Shown here piece after piece: positions 1 through 16,100 of a stretch of 64,000 nt of DNA. A program made the translations under genes and the position numbers. Location: NCBI RefSeq assembly GCF_009914755.1, contig NC_060931.1. One strand, written 5' to 3'. Position 1 is the stretch's first letter; every line of letters begins with the position of its first letter. The notes beneath the pieces are model-generated. The model did no database searches and had not been told where the DNA came from. It saw only the letters and a list, made by a program, of their open reading frames with translations. This stretch comes from the human T2T-CHM13v2.0 reference genome, Homo sapiens.

Positions 1-1438
1 AGGCCAAAGGGATTAATTTCCTTTTAGAATTAAAAGAAATGCAAATGACGCAAAGCAAACAGAAGTAAATATTTAAATCTCCTGGATGGAAAAGGCTGTG
101 TAGTTAATTAAAAAAAGAGGAAGCCACCACTGGTTTGCATGAGAATTTGTGGGAAGGCTGCCCATTGTTAAATTAGGATCATCCATTCATTGCTGAATTT
201 GATTTCACCACACTCCTTGCTTTAGTTCTTGAGTGGGAACTAAGCCAGTTTTGAGATTTACAGTCTTCCCCATCTGCTTGTGCCAACACATGGATCTTGG
301 GAAGGTGTTCCATGGTGTTTAAGATGTTTTCAATAAGAAAAACCTGTCTGTGGGATAAGCTCACTTTGTGCCCTCCTTTCAACTCATTTGGCTATGAACT
401 TGGCTTCTTTGTTCTTTCATGACTAATATTACCATCTGTGACATTACATATCAACATAGCAATGTAACATATTAAGCACAGGAAAACTCGGAATGCTTGA
501 GTTCATCCAAGCATTTGTTACTTAAAGTTCCAGGCCTGCTCTCTAGCCATTGAAGAATATCCCAAGTTCCTACCTACATAATATAATATAATTAGTCTAA
601 GCATTTTTTATCTCGTTAGGAATAGGAACCACAAAACCTCTGGCATAGCAATCATTTGGTATACTCTCTTTAACAACAAAGCAATAGCTTTGCCATCATT
701 GATTTCAATGGGAAGGGCTCTGGAGTTCTACTAATCCCCGTGAGAAGTGGCTACTGACAGAATCACTTTGATTCATTTTAATGAAGGGATCTGAATCTGA
801 AGTGCCACACTAAGGTTGTCAATCACAGGCCAGAATTTATGACATCTTTGTCCATGGATTATGGGTTTATTCAAAGCAGATCTTGAGACCAGGCCAGAAG
901 ATCAATAGGGAGAACTGTACCACTTGAGGTAGAAAGACAAGAGGAGTTGAAGGTACAGAGTTTGAGCAATTATTACAATGAATTGATCTTCAATACATTA
1001 TATGATCAAACTAGATAACTCACCTTGTGTGTGGCTATATAGCTACCTTTCAAAATAATGTCATTAGTTCATACATATGTGACCTAAACCAATGAAGAAA
1101 TTAATCAATTTTCTTTTTCATACTGTATATTTCCATAAGTGTAAAATGTGCCCTAAATTCTGTCGGATTTTTCAAAGGCAGTGTTGTTTAAGAGGGTTGC
1201 AGGGTAGCCAAGAAGCAATCAGTGCTTTGTATTGACAGCAGGATGCAAAGCACAGGATGCTGTATTGTTCCTGTGTTCTTATACTAATGAGTTTCCGAAG
1301 TTATTTTGGTTTCGGTTTAGGTTTAGGTTTTTACTTGTAAATGAGAACATGATGGGGAAACTTGGTTGCCATCTTGGGGAATCCCCCAGATGGAGAATCA
1401 CTGTTGGCTTTTACTGTAAAAGCAGGTGGATTACACAT

Positions 1439-1829
1439 TGTCTTAGTCAGCTCGGACTGCTATAACAAAATATCATAGACTGGGTGGCTGAAACAATAGA
1501 CTTATAGTTGCAATTCTGAACAGGTCTGAAGGCTGCTAAGTCCAAGATCAAGGCACAGCTGATCCTTTTCCATGAAGAGAGTCCAAGAGGGCTCTCTTCA
1601 TGGTTTGTAGACAGCTACCTTCTCTCTGTGTCCTAGTAAGATGGAGAGAGATCTCTGGCCTCTCTTCCTCTTCTTATAAGGATGTTAATCTCATCATAGG
1701 GACCCCAACCTCAAGACCTTATCTAAACCTCATCATCTCCCCAAGGCATCACCTTCAAATACCATTACATTGGGAGATAGGGTCTCAATATATAAATTTG
1801 GGAGAGATACGAACATTCAATCCATAACA
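1439..1829 (-). mobile_element. MaLR solo LTR, MLT1A-like
   Basis: tgtcttagtc...gctataacaaaatatcatagactgggtggc...aagtccaagatcaagg...aacattcaatccataaca, TG..CA ends. Confidence 0.85.
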
Positions 1830-2139
1830 CATACATTATAATGCTGCCACTAACAAAAAATGCTAGCTGTGCAGCATCCCTGAGCAGGACAGAGACTTAT
1901 TATCAAAAATTACTGTAATATATTGGCAAAGATGAAAAATTGCATAGCTATAGGTGGCAAGCTAACATTTTCTATGACTTTACTAAATATTGTCAGTGTT
2001 TTCTTTTATTGTTTGTTTCATAAATACATGTGTTTATGCATTTAATTTTACCCATAAACTGCTTATTTACTGTTTAGATTAATGTGGTATGTCTGAAAAA
2101 AAGACATAAATGACATTTTCTCATCAACCAGAAGAATGT

Positions 2140-2406
2140 TTTTCAGCCTGTAGGTTTTAACTCATTGGTAGGTCATGAAATCAACTTACAGAGCCTCAAA
2201 CAACATTTTATAATGAAACAGAATAGAATTTTAAAATCCATGTGCAATGCAAATAATAAAGATAAGTAATATTTTATGCAAACTTTTTTTTTACTAATAC
2301 ACACATTTGTATATGCATATATATATACACACATATATACACATGGTGAGTCATGCTAAAAAATTAATTTTTATGTTGGGTCTTGATCAAAAGTTCAAAA
2401 GTCACT
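2140..2406 (-). mobile_element. Degenerate hAT-Charlie non-autonomous element (Charlie18a-like)
   Basis: Resembles the reverse complement of the element at 24826-25088 (gggtcttgatcaaaagttcaaaagtcact end). Confidence 0.45.
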
Positions 2407-3284
2407 ATAAACTGTAACTCTTCATTTTTTTCTTCATTTACTATGAGAAAATTTCTTTCAATGTATGTATGAATATGCTTTGTAGAAAACTAACCACAAC
2501 CAAATTGAGAGATGAGCTAGGAGATCATACCATACAGATGTAATTTAGTCTGTTGTACTACCTTCAGGCAAAACCAATCCTAAGCCTGAGGAACGACTAT
2601 AGAGTATAGAAAAAATGGTTGACATCTTTTCTTTTATTGATCAGGTAATTACTGAGTCCCCACTCTGTAATTGGCAGTGTGCTTTGAGCCAAAGACACCT
2701 GAGATTAATAAACTGATCCTGCCAGACCCTGCCCATGGCTTTCTATGCTCAATTTCCCATTGAAATGAGAAGCTTCAACGTTCTAAGCAGTCTCTCTTTT
2801 TTCTAGGCTATCCCTGACTTCCAAATCCTACCTTTCAAAGACACAAGAGAAGGGTCTTTCTAAAAGGCAAATCTTATTGTTTCACTTCTGACCTAAAATC
2901 CTTTGAATTTCCATTTAGAATGGTGAGATGACTTGCCCAGAGTCACATAACAAAATTCTGAATAAAAAGCTTTTATTCTTCACCTATCTCCCCATCCCAA
3001 ATGCCCACCCTTAGCCTGTTATATTCTACTTTTAAAGCCTTTTTCCCCCATCATAGGAAGAGTTCCTCTCTTTGAGAAGGCTGGAGTACCTAGACAGAGC
3101 CACCTTCCTCTGTTTAATCTGTGTGTGTTTGGCTTGAGAATGAAGATCTCGATGTCTCACTTACCATCGGTGAAGTCAGCATGTTTTGATTTTCCACTTT
3201 GTGTGATAACAGCATGGTAGAGGCTTCCCTCTACCATGTTATGTTATGTTAGTATAGTTACGTTATGTTAGTATATAGTTTTGT

Positions 3285-3704
3285 CACTGATGTGCCAGTA
3301 AATGTTTAACAGTCAGTGGGGAGTTGTGTGTGTATGGTGGGGAGGGGTTTGCAGGCAGGAAAGGAAGGCTTGATCAGTAGTAGTATTTGCCAATTTCCAT
3401 GGTGTAAGTACTTCCACCAGGGCTGATTTTAAGCTCCCAACTTGTGAGCACTGAACATGGAGTTAGGAAGAGATGATGCACAATAGCACACCATTAGATC
3501 ATATATCCACCATATAGATCAAAAAAGATAATGGTGAAATATAATAAAATAGTCAGTTATATGCTTGGAATATTTATTACCTTTGTCTCTAAAATAATTT
3601 ATTTAATTCTAAATTTACATAGTTTAATTTTTAATAATGGCTGCATTTAACAACTGACTTGCAAAATTCCTTACTGTTTAGTGAGTCCAGCCCAGTGCAC
3701 ACTT
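3285..3704 (-). mobile_element. MER63B-like hAT-Blackjack DNA transposon fossil
   Basis: gtgccagtaaatgtttaac...atttccatggtgtaagtacttccacc...ttttaataatggctgcatttaacaactgacttgcaaaattcc. Confidence 0.75.
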
Positions 3705-4776
3705 GGATAATCATCACAGTTAATGTTAGAATCTCTTCGCTGAAATAGAAGTGTCTGTAACATTGGTCTCTTCCAATTTATTTTTTTACATAAAGTCATG
3801 AATGGGAAGAATTTTATATTCTCTGAAAAAAAAACTGGCTTTCTTTATGGAAAGCTTTGCCCATTTCTATTTCTTCTTCTCCTAGCCAGTACACTCAAAA
3901 GCATTCTTAAAAAAAAAAAAAAAAGCTCATTTTAGTTTAAGGGCACTTAGGAAAATATTTTTTGTTAATATTAGAAAAATGTTCAGATATTTTAAAGTTG
4001 AAAATTAGAGAATCTTTATGTAAATAGATACAAAACAAGTTAATTTGAATATTTACACTTAAATATGCACATCATTCTTGCATTTGTAATTTCTTACCCC
4101 AAATCTTCTAGATCCTTTACTGATGTGTGATAAAATTTAAAGGCAATTATACTTTCCTACAATTATATTTTTCACCTGCTGCCATGAAAAGATAGAGAAG
4201 ATTAATGGAAAGCTGGGTACATGCTCTAAATGTGAGGTGCTGGATTAATGATTGAACAGGACTGTTTGTTAATTCTACTTCAGATAAACACGTGTCAAAA
4301 TCTGAGCAGTTGAGAAACCTGTGCCGGTTAAAATCAGAGATGAACTCTCCAAGATCCTGCTAGCAGCCTGGAAGTTCTTCTAGAGGTTCTCAGTCTCCTA
4401 GACACTCAGTTCCTGAATGCAGCAGCATCCAAACCCCAGAGAGAGTGGCATCCAGAAACCACTTGTCGTCAGTGACTACAAGTAATCACTAAGAATGAAT
4501 CAAACTGAAATACTAATGTCACACTTTATTCTGAAATGTTTCACAAATGCATCCAGCAGACTTGTGTAGTTCCACTAATGCTTACTGCACTCAAATTTGG
4601 AATAAATTTCTAGAGGACAGAGAAGATGCCCAGCCCATCTCTCTCACCCCCTGTTTGACATATTTTTTCTAGTGTTGGTAGAACAAGGAGCCTGCGTGGG
4701 AAGGAGGGAATCTGTCCTTCTTTGATGCTTCTCCAAAATATTTTGTTTATTCCTGAGTTCCCTAAGTTCCCCTAAG

Positions 4777-4980
4777 ACTGGGGTTCTCAACCTCAACACA
4801 GTTGACCTTTTGGGCCAGATACTTCTTCGTTGTGAAGGGAGATTTTATATGCATCTAGTTTTTATGTGCAGTATTTCTGGCCTCTACCCATGAGATGCCA
4901 GTAGCACCCCTCCTTTCTAGTTGCAACACTCAACACTTGCCCCTACTCCACCGACTTTCACCCAGTTGAAAACCACTGCC
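4777..4980 (+). mobile_element. MER20 hAT-Charlie fossil
   Basis: ggttctcaacc...ttttgggccagata...ctggcctctacccatgagatgccagtagcacccc...gttgaaaaccactg. Confidence 0.8.
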
Positions 4981-6026
4981 CTAAGGGCCTGGGCTTTGGG
5001 GACAGACACCAAAGCCTGAGGGAACTCTGTCCTGTCACATCCATCCCCTGAAGCTATGAGGATAGGACCAAACAACTTCATCAAATAAAGGAGGTGAAAG
5101 GGACTATGTAGACATAAGAGAGAATTACAAATTTACACTTCTGTTTTTTATTGTACCACTAATTTCATAAATCTGTTTCAGTTGAATCATAAAATCACCA
5201 ACATTGAACCATTTTGCCCCACAAAAATGCCAATTTCATTAGTCTAAACTGATTTTCTAAGTGCACACAATTATGGACAAGTGTCTATTCTGCCTTCTTC
5301 ATAAGCTAGCCCTGGGTGCCGCAGTCAAGTGGGAACAGAAAATGTAATATAAGAGATAAGCATGCAAAACATAGTCCTTGGAGATGATAAGTTACAAGAA
5401 TGCAATAATCATTACAATTCAGCTAAGTTCAAGAAGTGTGTATTTGGAAAGACCAATATGCCTCTCCCCACTTTTGTTAAGCTGGGCCCTGTGTGACCAG
5501 TGTGGGCAGCAGGCATACTGGCGGGGACAGAAGGTCGAAACTCAATGGCCACTTCCTGTACATAGCCTTGGAGTAGGTGGATGGTGAGACTGCAGAGAAG
5601 TCTCCTTTTGTTGTACTAGTGCTTACTGGACTCGCATTCTGAACTGTGCCAAGCTGTGAAATTGAGATCTCTGTAAGGTGGCCCATGTCCTCTGCCTCAG
5701 CGTAGTGCCTGCAACAGGCCATCTTGTCTCTGTAGTCTGGCCAGCTCCCATGAACTCGGCTAGGGAAGCAGAGCACCAGGGCCCTTTCTCAAAGACCCAT
5801 TTCACATCTCCATGGCCTTGCCACCCACTGACTCCAGGCATATGTCCAGGAAGCAGTGTGTGGGGTACTGGCCCAGTTCAGTGCCTGCTGCGTGCCTTCC
5901 CAGGGGATCTAACTTCACCAAGAATTGAGCCCCTGACCTGATTACTACTCTGTGGCTGTGGACCTGAACCTACAACAGTGGGGGAAAAGCATCCTTGGAA
6001 AAAAAAAAATCTTTCCATAAAGAGTC

Positions 6027-6334
6027 TTTTTTTTTTTTTTTTTTTTTTTTTGAGAAGGAGTTTTGCTCTGTTGCTCAGACTGGAGTGTAGCGGCATGATC
6101 TCAGTTCACTGCAACCTCCACATCCTGGGCTCAAGCAACTTTCTTGCCTCAGCCTCCCGAGTAGCTAGGATTACCGGCACCCACCACCATGTCTGGCTAA
6201 TATTTTGTATTTTCAGTAGAGACAGGGTTTCACCATGTTGGACAGGCTGATCTCAAATTCCTGACCTCAAGTGATCCACCTACCTTAGCCTCCCAAAGTG
6301 CTGGGAGTACAGGCCTAGGCCACTGCGCCTGGCT
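6027..6334 (-). mobile_element. Alu (S/J-type), full length
   Basis: Poly-T followed by an antisense Alu dimer ending cactgcgcctggct. Confidence 0.95.
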
Positions 6335-7064
6335 AGGAGTTCTTTTTCCAATTTGTACAAAGTTGGGGGGTGTTTCTCCCACTATCCACACTGTCTCCAA
6401 AAACCCAGGACCATAAGGACAGGCCCAGAAAAAGAGAATGAGGACACGTCCTATGAATTGTGTGTCCACCAGCAGATTGGGAGCAGAAAATAGAATTTGA
6501 GATAAGCTATAGAAATGTAAAGATATAGTACTTAAACTTACGGATTTATGGCCTAAGATTTCTGTTCACTACAAATACTAGAACCAAAAGGAAACGTTAA
6601 GTAATTGTAGTCACCTCATTTTACACACAAGGAAACTGGAAATCAGGAGACAAAAGTTACTTCCCCAAGATAGCAGCATGACTCTGTATATTAACTCAGG
6701 CCAAAGCCTTTTCCTCTGACCCAGTCTTCTTGACATCTTAATTTCAAATGCTAGCATATAATTATGCTATTGTAATTCTGAACACTTTTTAGTATCTAAT
6801 AATCTGATCACAATGAAAATATCCCAGAGAGGAGTTGGAGCTGAAGCATTATTACAGAACCCTTTAACTGAGTTCAATTGAAAAGAAACATAACAATAAG
6901 GTGCCTGTGGAGAGCTTTCTGCATGAAGGGTGCTGTTTAGAGAAGGGAGCTGGTTGCAGGAGGAAGGGTAAATGGAGACTTTGCTGAGAAATACAGGACA
7001 AGAGGGGACTGCAGACAGCCTTTTCCATCCACATGGACAGCAACATGTTCCCTGGTTGACCAAG

Positions 7065-7572
7065 TTTATTAGTTAGGGTTCTCTAGAGGGACAGAACTAA
7101 TAGGATAGATGTATATATAAAGGGGAGTTTATAAGGCCTATTGAATCACACAATCACAAGGTAAGGTCCCACAATAGGCCGTCGGCAAGCTGAGGAGCAA
7201 GGAAGCCAGTCCGAGTCCCAAAACCTCAAAAGTAGGGAACCCAAGAGAGCAGCCTTCAGTCTGTGGTTGAAGGATCAAGAGTCTCACAGCTAAGAACTTG
7301 GAGTCTGATGTTCGAGGGCAGGAAGCATCCAGCACAGGAGAAAGATGGAGGCTGGGAGGCTAAGCCAGTCCAGTCTTTTCATCTTCTTCTGCCTGCTTTT
7401 ATCCTAGCCTGGCTGGCTGGCAGCTGATTAGATGGTGCCCATCCAGATTGAGGGTGGGCCTGCCTTTCCCAGTCTACACACTCAAATGTTAATATCTTTT
7501 GGCCACACCCTCACAGACACACCCAGGAAAAATACTTTGCATCCTTCAATCCAATCAATATTAACCATCACA
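7065..7572 (-). mobile_element. MLT2A (ERVL) solo LTR
   Basis: ttagggttctctagagggacagaactaatagg...atattaaccatcaca; perfect 5-bp TSD CCAAG (7060-7064, 7573-7577). Confidence 0.92.
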
Positions 7573-8132
7573 CCAAGGTATCCTCAGATCCTAGGAATAG
7601 GCTAAATATGGTAAATAGATGAGAATATTTTCCTGACAAGATCTGAATCACTGAAGAATTCACTGAGTCACTGACTCATATGCCTATGGGAAAAAAAAAA
7701 TTCTTCCAGCTATTATATAGCCTTGATATAATTACAATCAAGATCCCATTGGGATTTTTTTTTTCATGGAAGTTTGGAAAACTATTCTAAATTCTAAATT
7801 ATTCTAAAATTCATCTGGAAGATTTCACAGGGGAGTCTCACTAAGAACATTAAAAAAAATAAATAGTATAGGAGTTCTCAAAGCTATAAAACATATTTTA
7901 AAGATACAATGAAAGCACTGCTTACTGGTGTGAAAGCTGAAAAACCATTGAAATAGGACTGCTAGCCACAAACGAGCTATATAAACACAAAAACATATTC
8001 GCACACATATGTATGTGCATATTGTGAACAGCTCTTTTAACCAACTTGTGCAATTCAGCACTCTCCATTCTCTCTATAAAGCAAAATGACCAGTGCCCAG
8101 AACCTAAAACACTCAGGGATTAAACTAAATAA

Positions 8133-8133
<1 letters not shown>

Positions 8134-8166
<33 letters not shown>
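8134..8166. repeat. (TG)16 microsatellite
   Basis: Read directly. Confidence 0.97.
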
Positions 8167-8171
<5 letters not shown>

Positions 8172-8363
8172 ATTTTGCCATCCATAGAGTTACTTACTTC
8201 CCAAGTCAGTGATGTCTCTCTACAACCTGTTTATGTAGCTGACTTTTAATATTATAATTACTTTATTTTATTATTTGGAACCACTGAAACATGAGTGTTA
8301 AAGGGGGAATTGTTGATGAACTGCAAACTATGTTGCATGCTCTACAAAGACTAGGCCAAACGA

Positions 8364-8552
8364 CCCAGGTGCAGTCGTTCACACCTCTAGTCCCAGCAAC
8401 TTGGGCGGTTGAGGCGAGAGGTTTGCTTGAAGTATATAACCAGGAGTTCGAAGTTACAGTGCATATGACCTCTCTTGTGAATAGCCAGTGCACTCTGCAC
8501 TCTAGCCTGGGCAACACAGCAAGGCCTTGTCTCTCTAAAAAAAAAAAAAAAA
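8364..8552 (+). mobile_element. FAM (fossil Alu monomer, 7SL-derived)
   Basis: Single monomer retaining the 7SL-type GTGAATAGCCA segment absent from dimeric Alus; poly-A tail. Confidence 0.8.
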
Positions 8553-8929
8553 GTAGTCAAAACTAAGCCACTAAAAATACAAGGTTTCTTATCTTGGTTT
8601 GCTTTTGTACATCCTCTTTCTACTTTAAAGTAACTAAATCAAGAAAATATAAATGATGCAATATATGTAATTTACACAAAAAAAGGGATTGAGAATTTCA
8701 ATCAATGACATATACTCAAAAAGGCCTTGGAACCACATTATTGACAAAATCTTGCATATAAAAATATGGAAGGAGAATAAGAACCATTTCTTATCATATT
8801 TTATTTTAGAATCAGCTTTCTTGCTTTACCAATTAACTAGTGGTATCAATAGAATTCGATAAGAGGGTTTCTCTCTCTTAAACACATATTTTTTATATAA
8901 TAAACTAAACATCACAAAATAATGAGGAA

Positions 8930-10330
<1,401 letters not shown>

Positions 10331-10610
10331 ACTCTTTCATTTTTTTTTCTTTTTTTTAGCTTTCTTGTTTTAAAAGCATGACTTCTAATGTAAGAAAAAT
10401 ATAATTAATAATATATATCAATTAACTATTTTATTAAAGAATAGCATTCATGAAAAGAGCAGAAACATGAAAATTAATATGAGATACTTTGAGAGATCAT
10501 CAAATTCAACAACAATGATGGAGATGCTTTTGTGTAGCAGTAGTAATAATGATAACATTTTGACCGTTTATTATGTGTGGTGCACTGTGTTCCTTTGACT
10601 TTGGAGGTAG

Positions 10611-10923
<313 letters not shown>

Positions 10924-12817
10924 AAGGTTCATCCATGTTTATACAGAAGGAGGTTAAGTGAGTAGCCCACACATGTGGTCAGTTAAGTGACAGGACCAGG
11001 CCATGGCCAGAGCACATTCCCTTCACTACTTTCATGTTCTTCCACCTCCACTCCCCACCACACAGTGTCATAGCAACGGCACTGGACAGAGAACCAGTCC
11101 ACCATTCTCATCTCAGCTCAAGAATGACCTCGTTGGTGACTTCAGCCAAGTTACTCAACCCAAGTGCCAGACCCAGGCCAAATGTCTGGTCTAATGCCTC
11201 CTCTACAACGAGGACGCCAACAGCCAGTGTGTACTGCCATTTCCCAAAGTCACGACATGGGGAGCGGCAGGAAGGGGCCCAACCCTAAATCTCTCACACT
11301 CTGTCCGTTCTTTAACCCCTTCTCAACTAGCCACCGGACTACATTCCCAGTCAGTGTTCCAGGTTGCGGAAGTTCACTGCACATAAGTGGGGTAGCACAA
11401 ATGAAAATATGACGTTAAAACAGCACAGGGTACTACAAAGTTTCCTCTGTCCTACTGCCGAATTGCCTTTCTTGGATGGATCTTGAGTCTAAGAACAACT
11501 GCTTCCTTTTTCTATATTCTCAGATAAATTTGCTCTGAGATCAAATTTCCAAGCATTCTCTGTGGTGAACGCTCACTCGGAAGAGGCTCCAGTTACCACC
11601 CTCACAGTGGGGATGGCTCTGCCTCATTCCCATGTCTGTCTTCCCAGCAGGGGCTTCTGCACTAGTAACGTGTCTCCTTGATGCAAATCAGGGCCACGTT
11701 TGAAAATGCAATGAAGTCTCAAATCCGGAGTCTCTGGTCAGAGAAACAATTAGAACTCAGCATTGCCTGAGTTTTTGTGTATGTACATGAAAGTGGAGTT
11801 GAGTGCTAAAGGAAAGGACTTATTTTAATATGTTTTTAAAATAATATTAATTTGTCTGAGGATTAAACAATGGCAATAATACATTATTATTTAATATTTA
11901 ATAAAGCATTAAATATACATTAATATTTAATATTTAATAAAACAGTAAATAATATTTAATATGTTTTAAAATAAAATGATTTATTTTATTATGTTTTTAA
12001 AATAATTTTAATTTGTCTGAGGATTAAACAAGGCTGGGGATGTATTATCTCCTTTGTTAAAGTGTCAAATATTCCAATGGATTGCACACTATCGGAGTTT
12101 TCTACATTGATTTTTCTTGAAGTGCTTCTGGTTTGGGAGAGCAGGATATATATTAAGCTCCTGGTGCTGCAAGATAAATAGGTTCATGGCCTAGTGGTCT
12201 GGCCATGTAACAAATCTGTTACAATGTGAATGGGAGGGGGTCATACCCTTTCCTTGAGGGTGTGTAACATAATGTTAATGTGGCATGGTATCTGTTAGCA
12301 GAAGTACGGTGAAGAAGCCATAAAAAAGTGATTCATTCCTCATTACCAAGCAGCTAATAATTACAGGGTTGAATGGGAAGACTGGGAGGGATGGTGGAAA
12401 AGCAGAGTGAAAATAAGATAAATGTGGGGGACAACGTATATATTCCTGAAACATAAGGACTGTGTGTGGAATGTTGAACCTGACAGTGGGCATCTATTCA
12501 TAAAGGAGATAATTGGTGATGATACTTGTGGGCAATCAGAATCTCCTAAATGGCACTTTGTCTTAAGGGAGGTATCAAGAGGCATTTAAAAAGTCCTAAT
12601 GGATGTGCATGCATCTCCTTTCCTTTCTACCCAAGAGTCTTTGCTGTAAATGACAGAAGAAGGATGGTCTGCCAGTGGGGAAGGATTTGAGGTTTATTGT
12701 TTAATCCTTCTGCAGCTCAGATGACAATGATGAGGCTGCCTTAAACAGAGAGGCCAATTGCTCTGGGCCCTATTATTCACTGCACGTAAAATCAGCAAGA
12801 ATTGTAGACAGGTTATA

Positions 12818-13502
<685 letters not shown>

Positions 13503-13789
13503 TCATAATTCATGCATTTCAGGCTTCAGTTTTTCTTATGTGGGAAGGTGATAGAGCCCTACTAAACTTATTTCCCTACACACTTGGCATCTTTCTTCTT
13601 GTTGTTCTTCTCTCACCTGTCTGCATTAAATAATTCACTTCCCTAGATTCCCTTCATATTGCACCATAGGTAGAAATTGGATGTCAAAGATGGAAGACAC
13701 CACCTTGGAAATGAGAAGGAAATACTTATTTCAACAGATAAGATGCACAGCACTCCTGATGGGGTCAAGGAGTTCATGAGGTTACAATT

Positions 13790-15066
13790 ATTCTAAGAAT
13801 ACCAGTGAAGCCTTATTTGTAGAATAAGTAGTGGGTAAGACTGTTGACACTTTAGTATGAATTAAGTAGTAACACCAAACTGTACTAGTGGTCATTCTAC
13901 TTTTTACCACAATACATAATACCAAAAAATGTAAAATGTCTTTGATGAAGCAATAAAAATTATTAATTATGTTACATCTTAACATTTGAATACAGTTTTT
14001 ATATCCTGGATAATGAGATGGAAAATATGCATAAAATCCTTTGCTGTATATTAAAGTATTATGGTTGTCTCAAGAAAAGGACTTGTGTGATTGGGTGTCT
14101 AGCTGAAGCAGCTGCTTTTTTTCAGGGAACACCAATTTTATTTGAAAGAACACCTGAAAAAAACCACATGGCTCTTCAGTCTTTAATATGTGGCAGACAT
14201 GTTCTCAAAGATGAACCTGTCACTTCAAGGAAAACAACTGACAGTATTTGTTAATGATAAAATTGGAGCTTTCAAGTAAAAATTAGAATTTTGGAAAATG
14301 TGTATCTGCCACAACGAGCTAGACAGCTTCCTTTCACTTGAAGCATTTCCAGATGAGATTTGGTGATTATGTTAACAAATATGATTTTTTTATATCATTT
14401 AATGAAATGTATCAGTATTAACTCAGTGAACCAATATTTTCCAAATGACCAACGCATAGCAATACAAAATCACATGGCAATATGAAAATTCATTTAAAGT
14501 ATAAGTTAGATCAATGGATTTTAATCTAATAGAAAATAAAATTGTGTTGATATAATTTCAGGTACCACCTGATTTGTGGGTTTTGCAACTAACCTTTAGA
14601 AAACTACCACTTATTTTGGTACAACATGAAAGAAGAATATCCACAGTGATCCGAAAAGGCTATTTTAAAACTCCTATCTTTGCCAACTACATATCTATGT
14701 CTGGATTTTCTTCATATACTTCAACCAAAACAACATATCACAACAGACTAAATGCCAAAGCAGAGATGAGCTTCCAACTGTTTTCTATTAAGAGTTTGCA
14801 AAAATGTAAAACAACATCACTCTTCTCACTCTTCCTTTTGTTTTGTAGAATTTATTTTTCATAAAATGCATTAGTTTTGTTAGCATGTAAAGAGTTTGTC
14901 ACTGTAATATTAGCTAAACTAATAAATATTTTCAAATGTCTCAATTTTAATTTGAAATTTGGTACTTATTGATAGACAGTGCCCATATAAACAAATATTC
15001 TTTGGGGGTCTCAGTAATTTTTAAAAATGTAAAGGATCCTGAGACTAAAATTTTTGGAACCATTGG
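13790..15066 (+). mobile_element. Charlie1-like hAT transposon fossil with decayed transposase
   Basis: tggttgtctcaagaaaa resembles the hAT WLSRG motif; terminus aaaggatcctgagactaaaatttttggaaccattg. Confidence 0.75.
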
Positions 15067-15194
15067 ATTAGATGAATAAAAGATAACAATTGAAACTTGA
15101 TTCACTATTATTTTTACATCAGCCATTGCCTGAATAAAATGTTTAAGTGAACCTAATTTTCAATTTTAAACATTTTAATAAATAACAAATTAAA

Positions 15195-15620
15195 ATAATT
15201 CATTGAGGCTTTATTTTGTGCCTGCTCTTAGCTAACAACTTTGTTTACCATGACCATAGGTGATCCTCATGGCACAGCTGAGATTATGTTATTCTAAGCC
15301 CATTTTACAGAGAATAGACCTGTGGCTTAAGCAGTATAAATAACTGAACAAGCTCATAGCTGGTCACTGGCAGAGCAAGTTTTGAAAGCAGAAAGCCTGC
15401 CAGGCATCAAGGATGCTGTCCTAAACCAGGAAGTCACACAGCTTCCCAGTGGCTGACATGTAACCCCATCCAGTGTTCTGGTTGTGTTCTAAGAGCTTGC
15501 TATAATTTATCTCATTTAATCATAATTCTAAAGAATAAGGCAATTATTTTATCATCCAGAAAACTAACCTTCTGAGAGGTGAGGTGACTTAGCCATGAGT
15601 ACCACAGCTGTAGCGCACGA
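15195..15620 (-). mobile_element. Two MIR fragments
   Basis: MIR core cccattttacagaga...; ctgagaggtgaggtgacttagcc. Confidence 0.55.
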
Positions 15621-16100
15621 AGGAATGATTTGGATATTTTTGTGGGATTTGTGTGTGTGTCCCTGTAGTATGGAGATTTGAGCTCTTCTTACCATTCAGT
15701 TTGTGGTACACTAATTATCAATTTAGCAAGATCCTCTTGTGTTCAAATTCATTTTTTACTCAGCATTTCCCCATCCACACTGCCATTCATCACCCCCATA
15801 AAGCTACTATTCTAATGTAATTCAGATAGCTCCTCAGCTATGTTTCTTTGAAATTTTTCTTAGTTTTCTTAATTTGTCTAAATGATATTATATTATAGAT
15901 ACAACTCTGTTCTTTAACCCCACACTGTTTTCACGATCAAGCTACAAGGCTGTAGCTGATTCATGGCTCCTGATAGCTGTGTAGTATTCCATCATGCAGT
16001 TCCGCTCCTCTTTACTAAATATTATTATGTTTCTCCAAATCACTGTTGCCTCCAGGAAGCAATAAACAACCTCAAATATAACATTCAATGGACCAAAAGT

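Noticed and set aside
1305-1332. ggtttc-ggttta-ggttta-ggtttt telomere-like hexamers
   Set aside because: Only four degenerate units and not TTAGGG.
5978-6469. Alu-derived ORFs (LECSG.../SPCWPGWS...), here and at other Alus
   Set aside because: Standard translations of Alu sequence.
8364-8552. 7SL RNA gene or pseudogene
   Set aside because: Lacks the S domain; fits a FAM Alu monomer.
11820-12031. Repeat-spacer-repeat as a CRISPR-like array
   Set aside because: Two copies only, spacer is self-derived, eukaryotic context with no cas genes.
14018-14864. ORFs in the Charlie1 element as a possible domesticated transposase
   Set aside because: Fragmented by stops and frameshifts; fossil.
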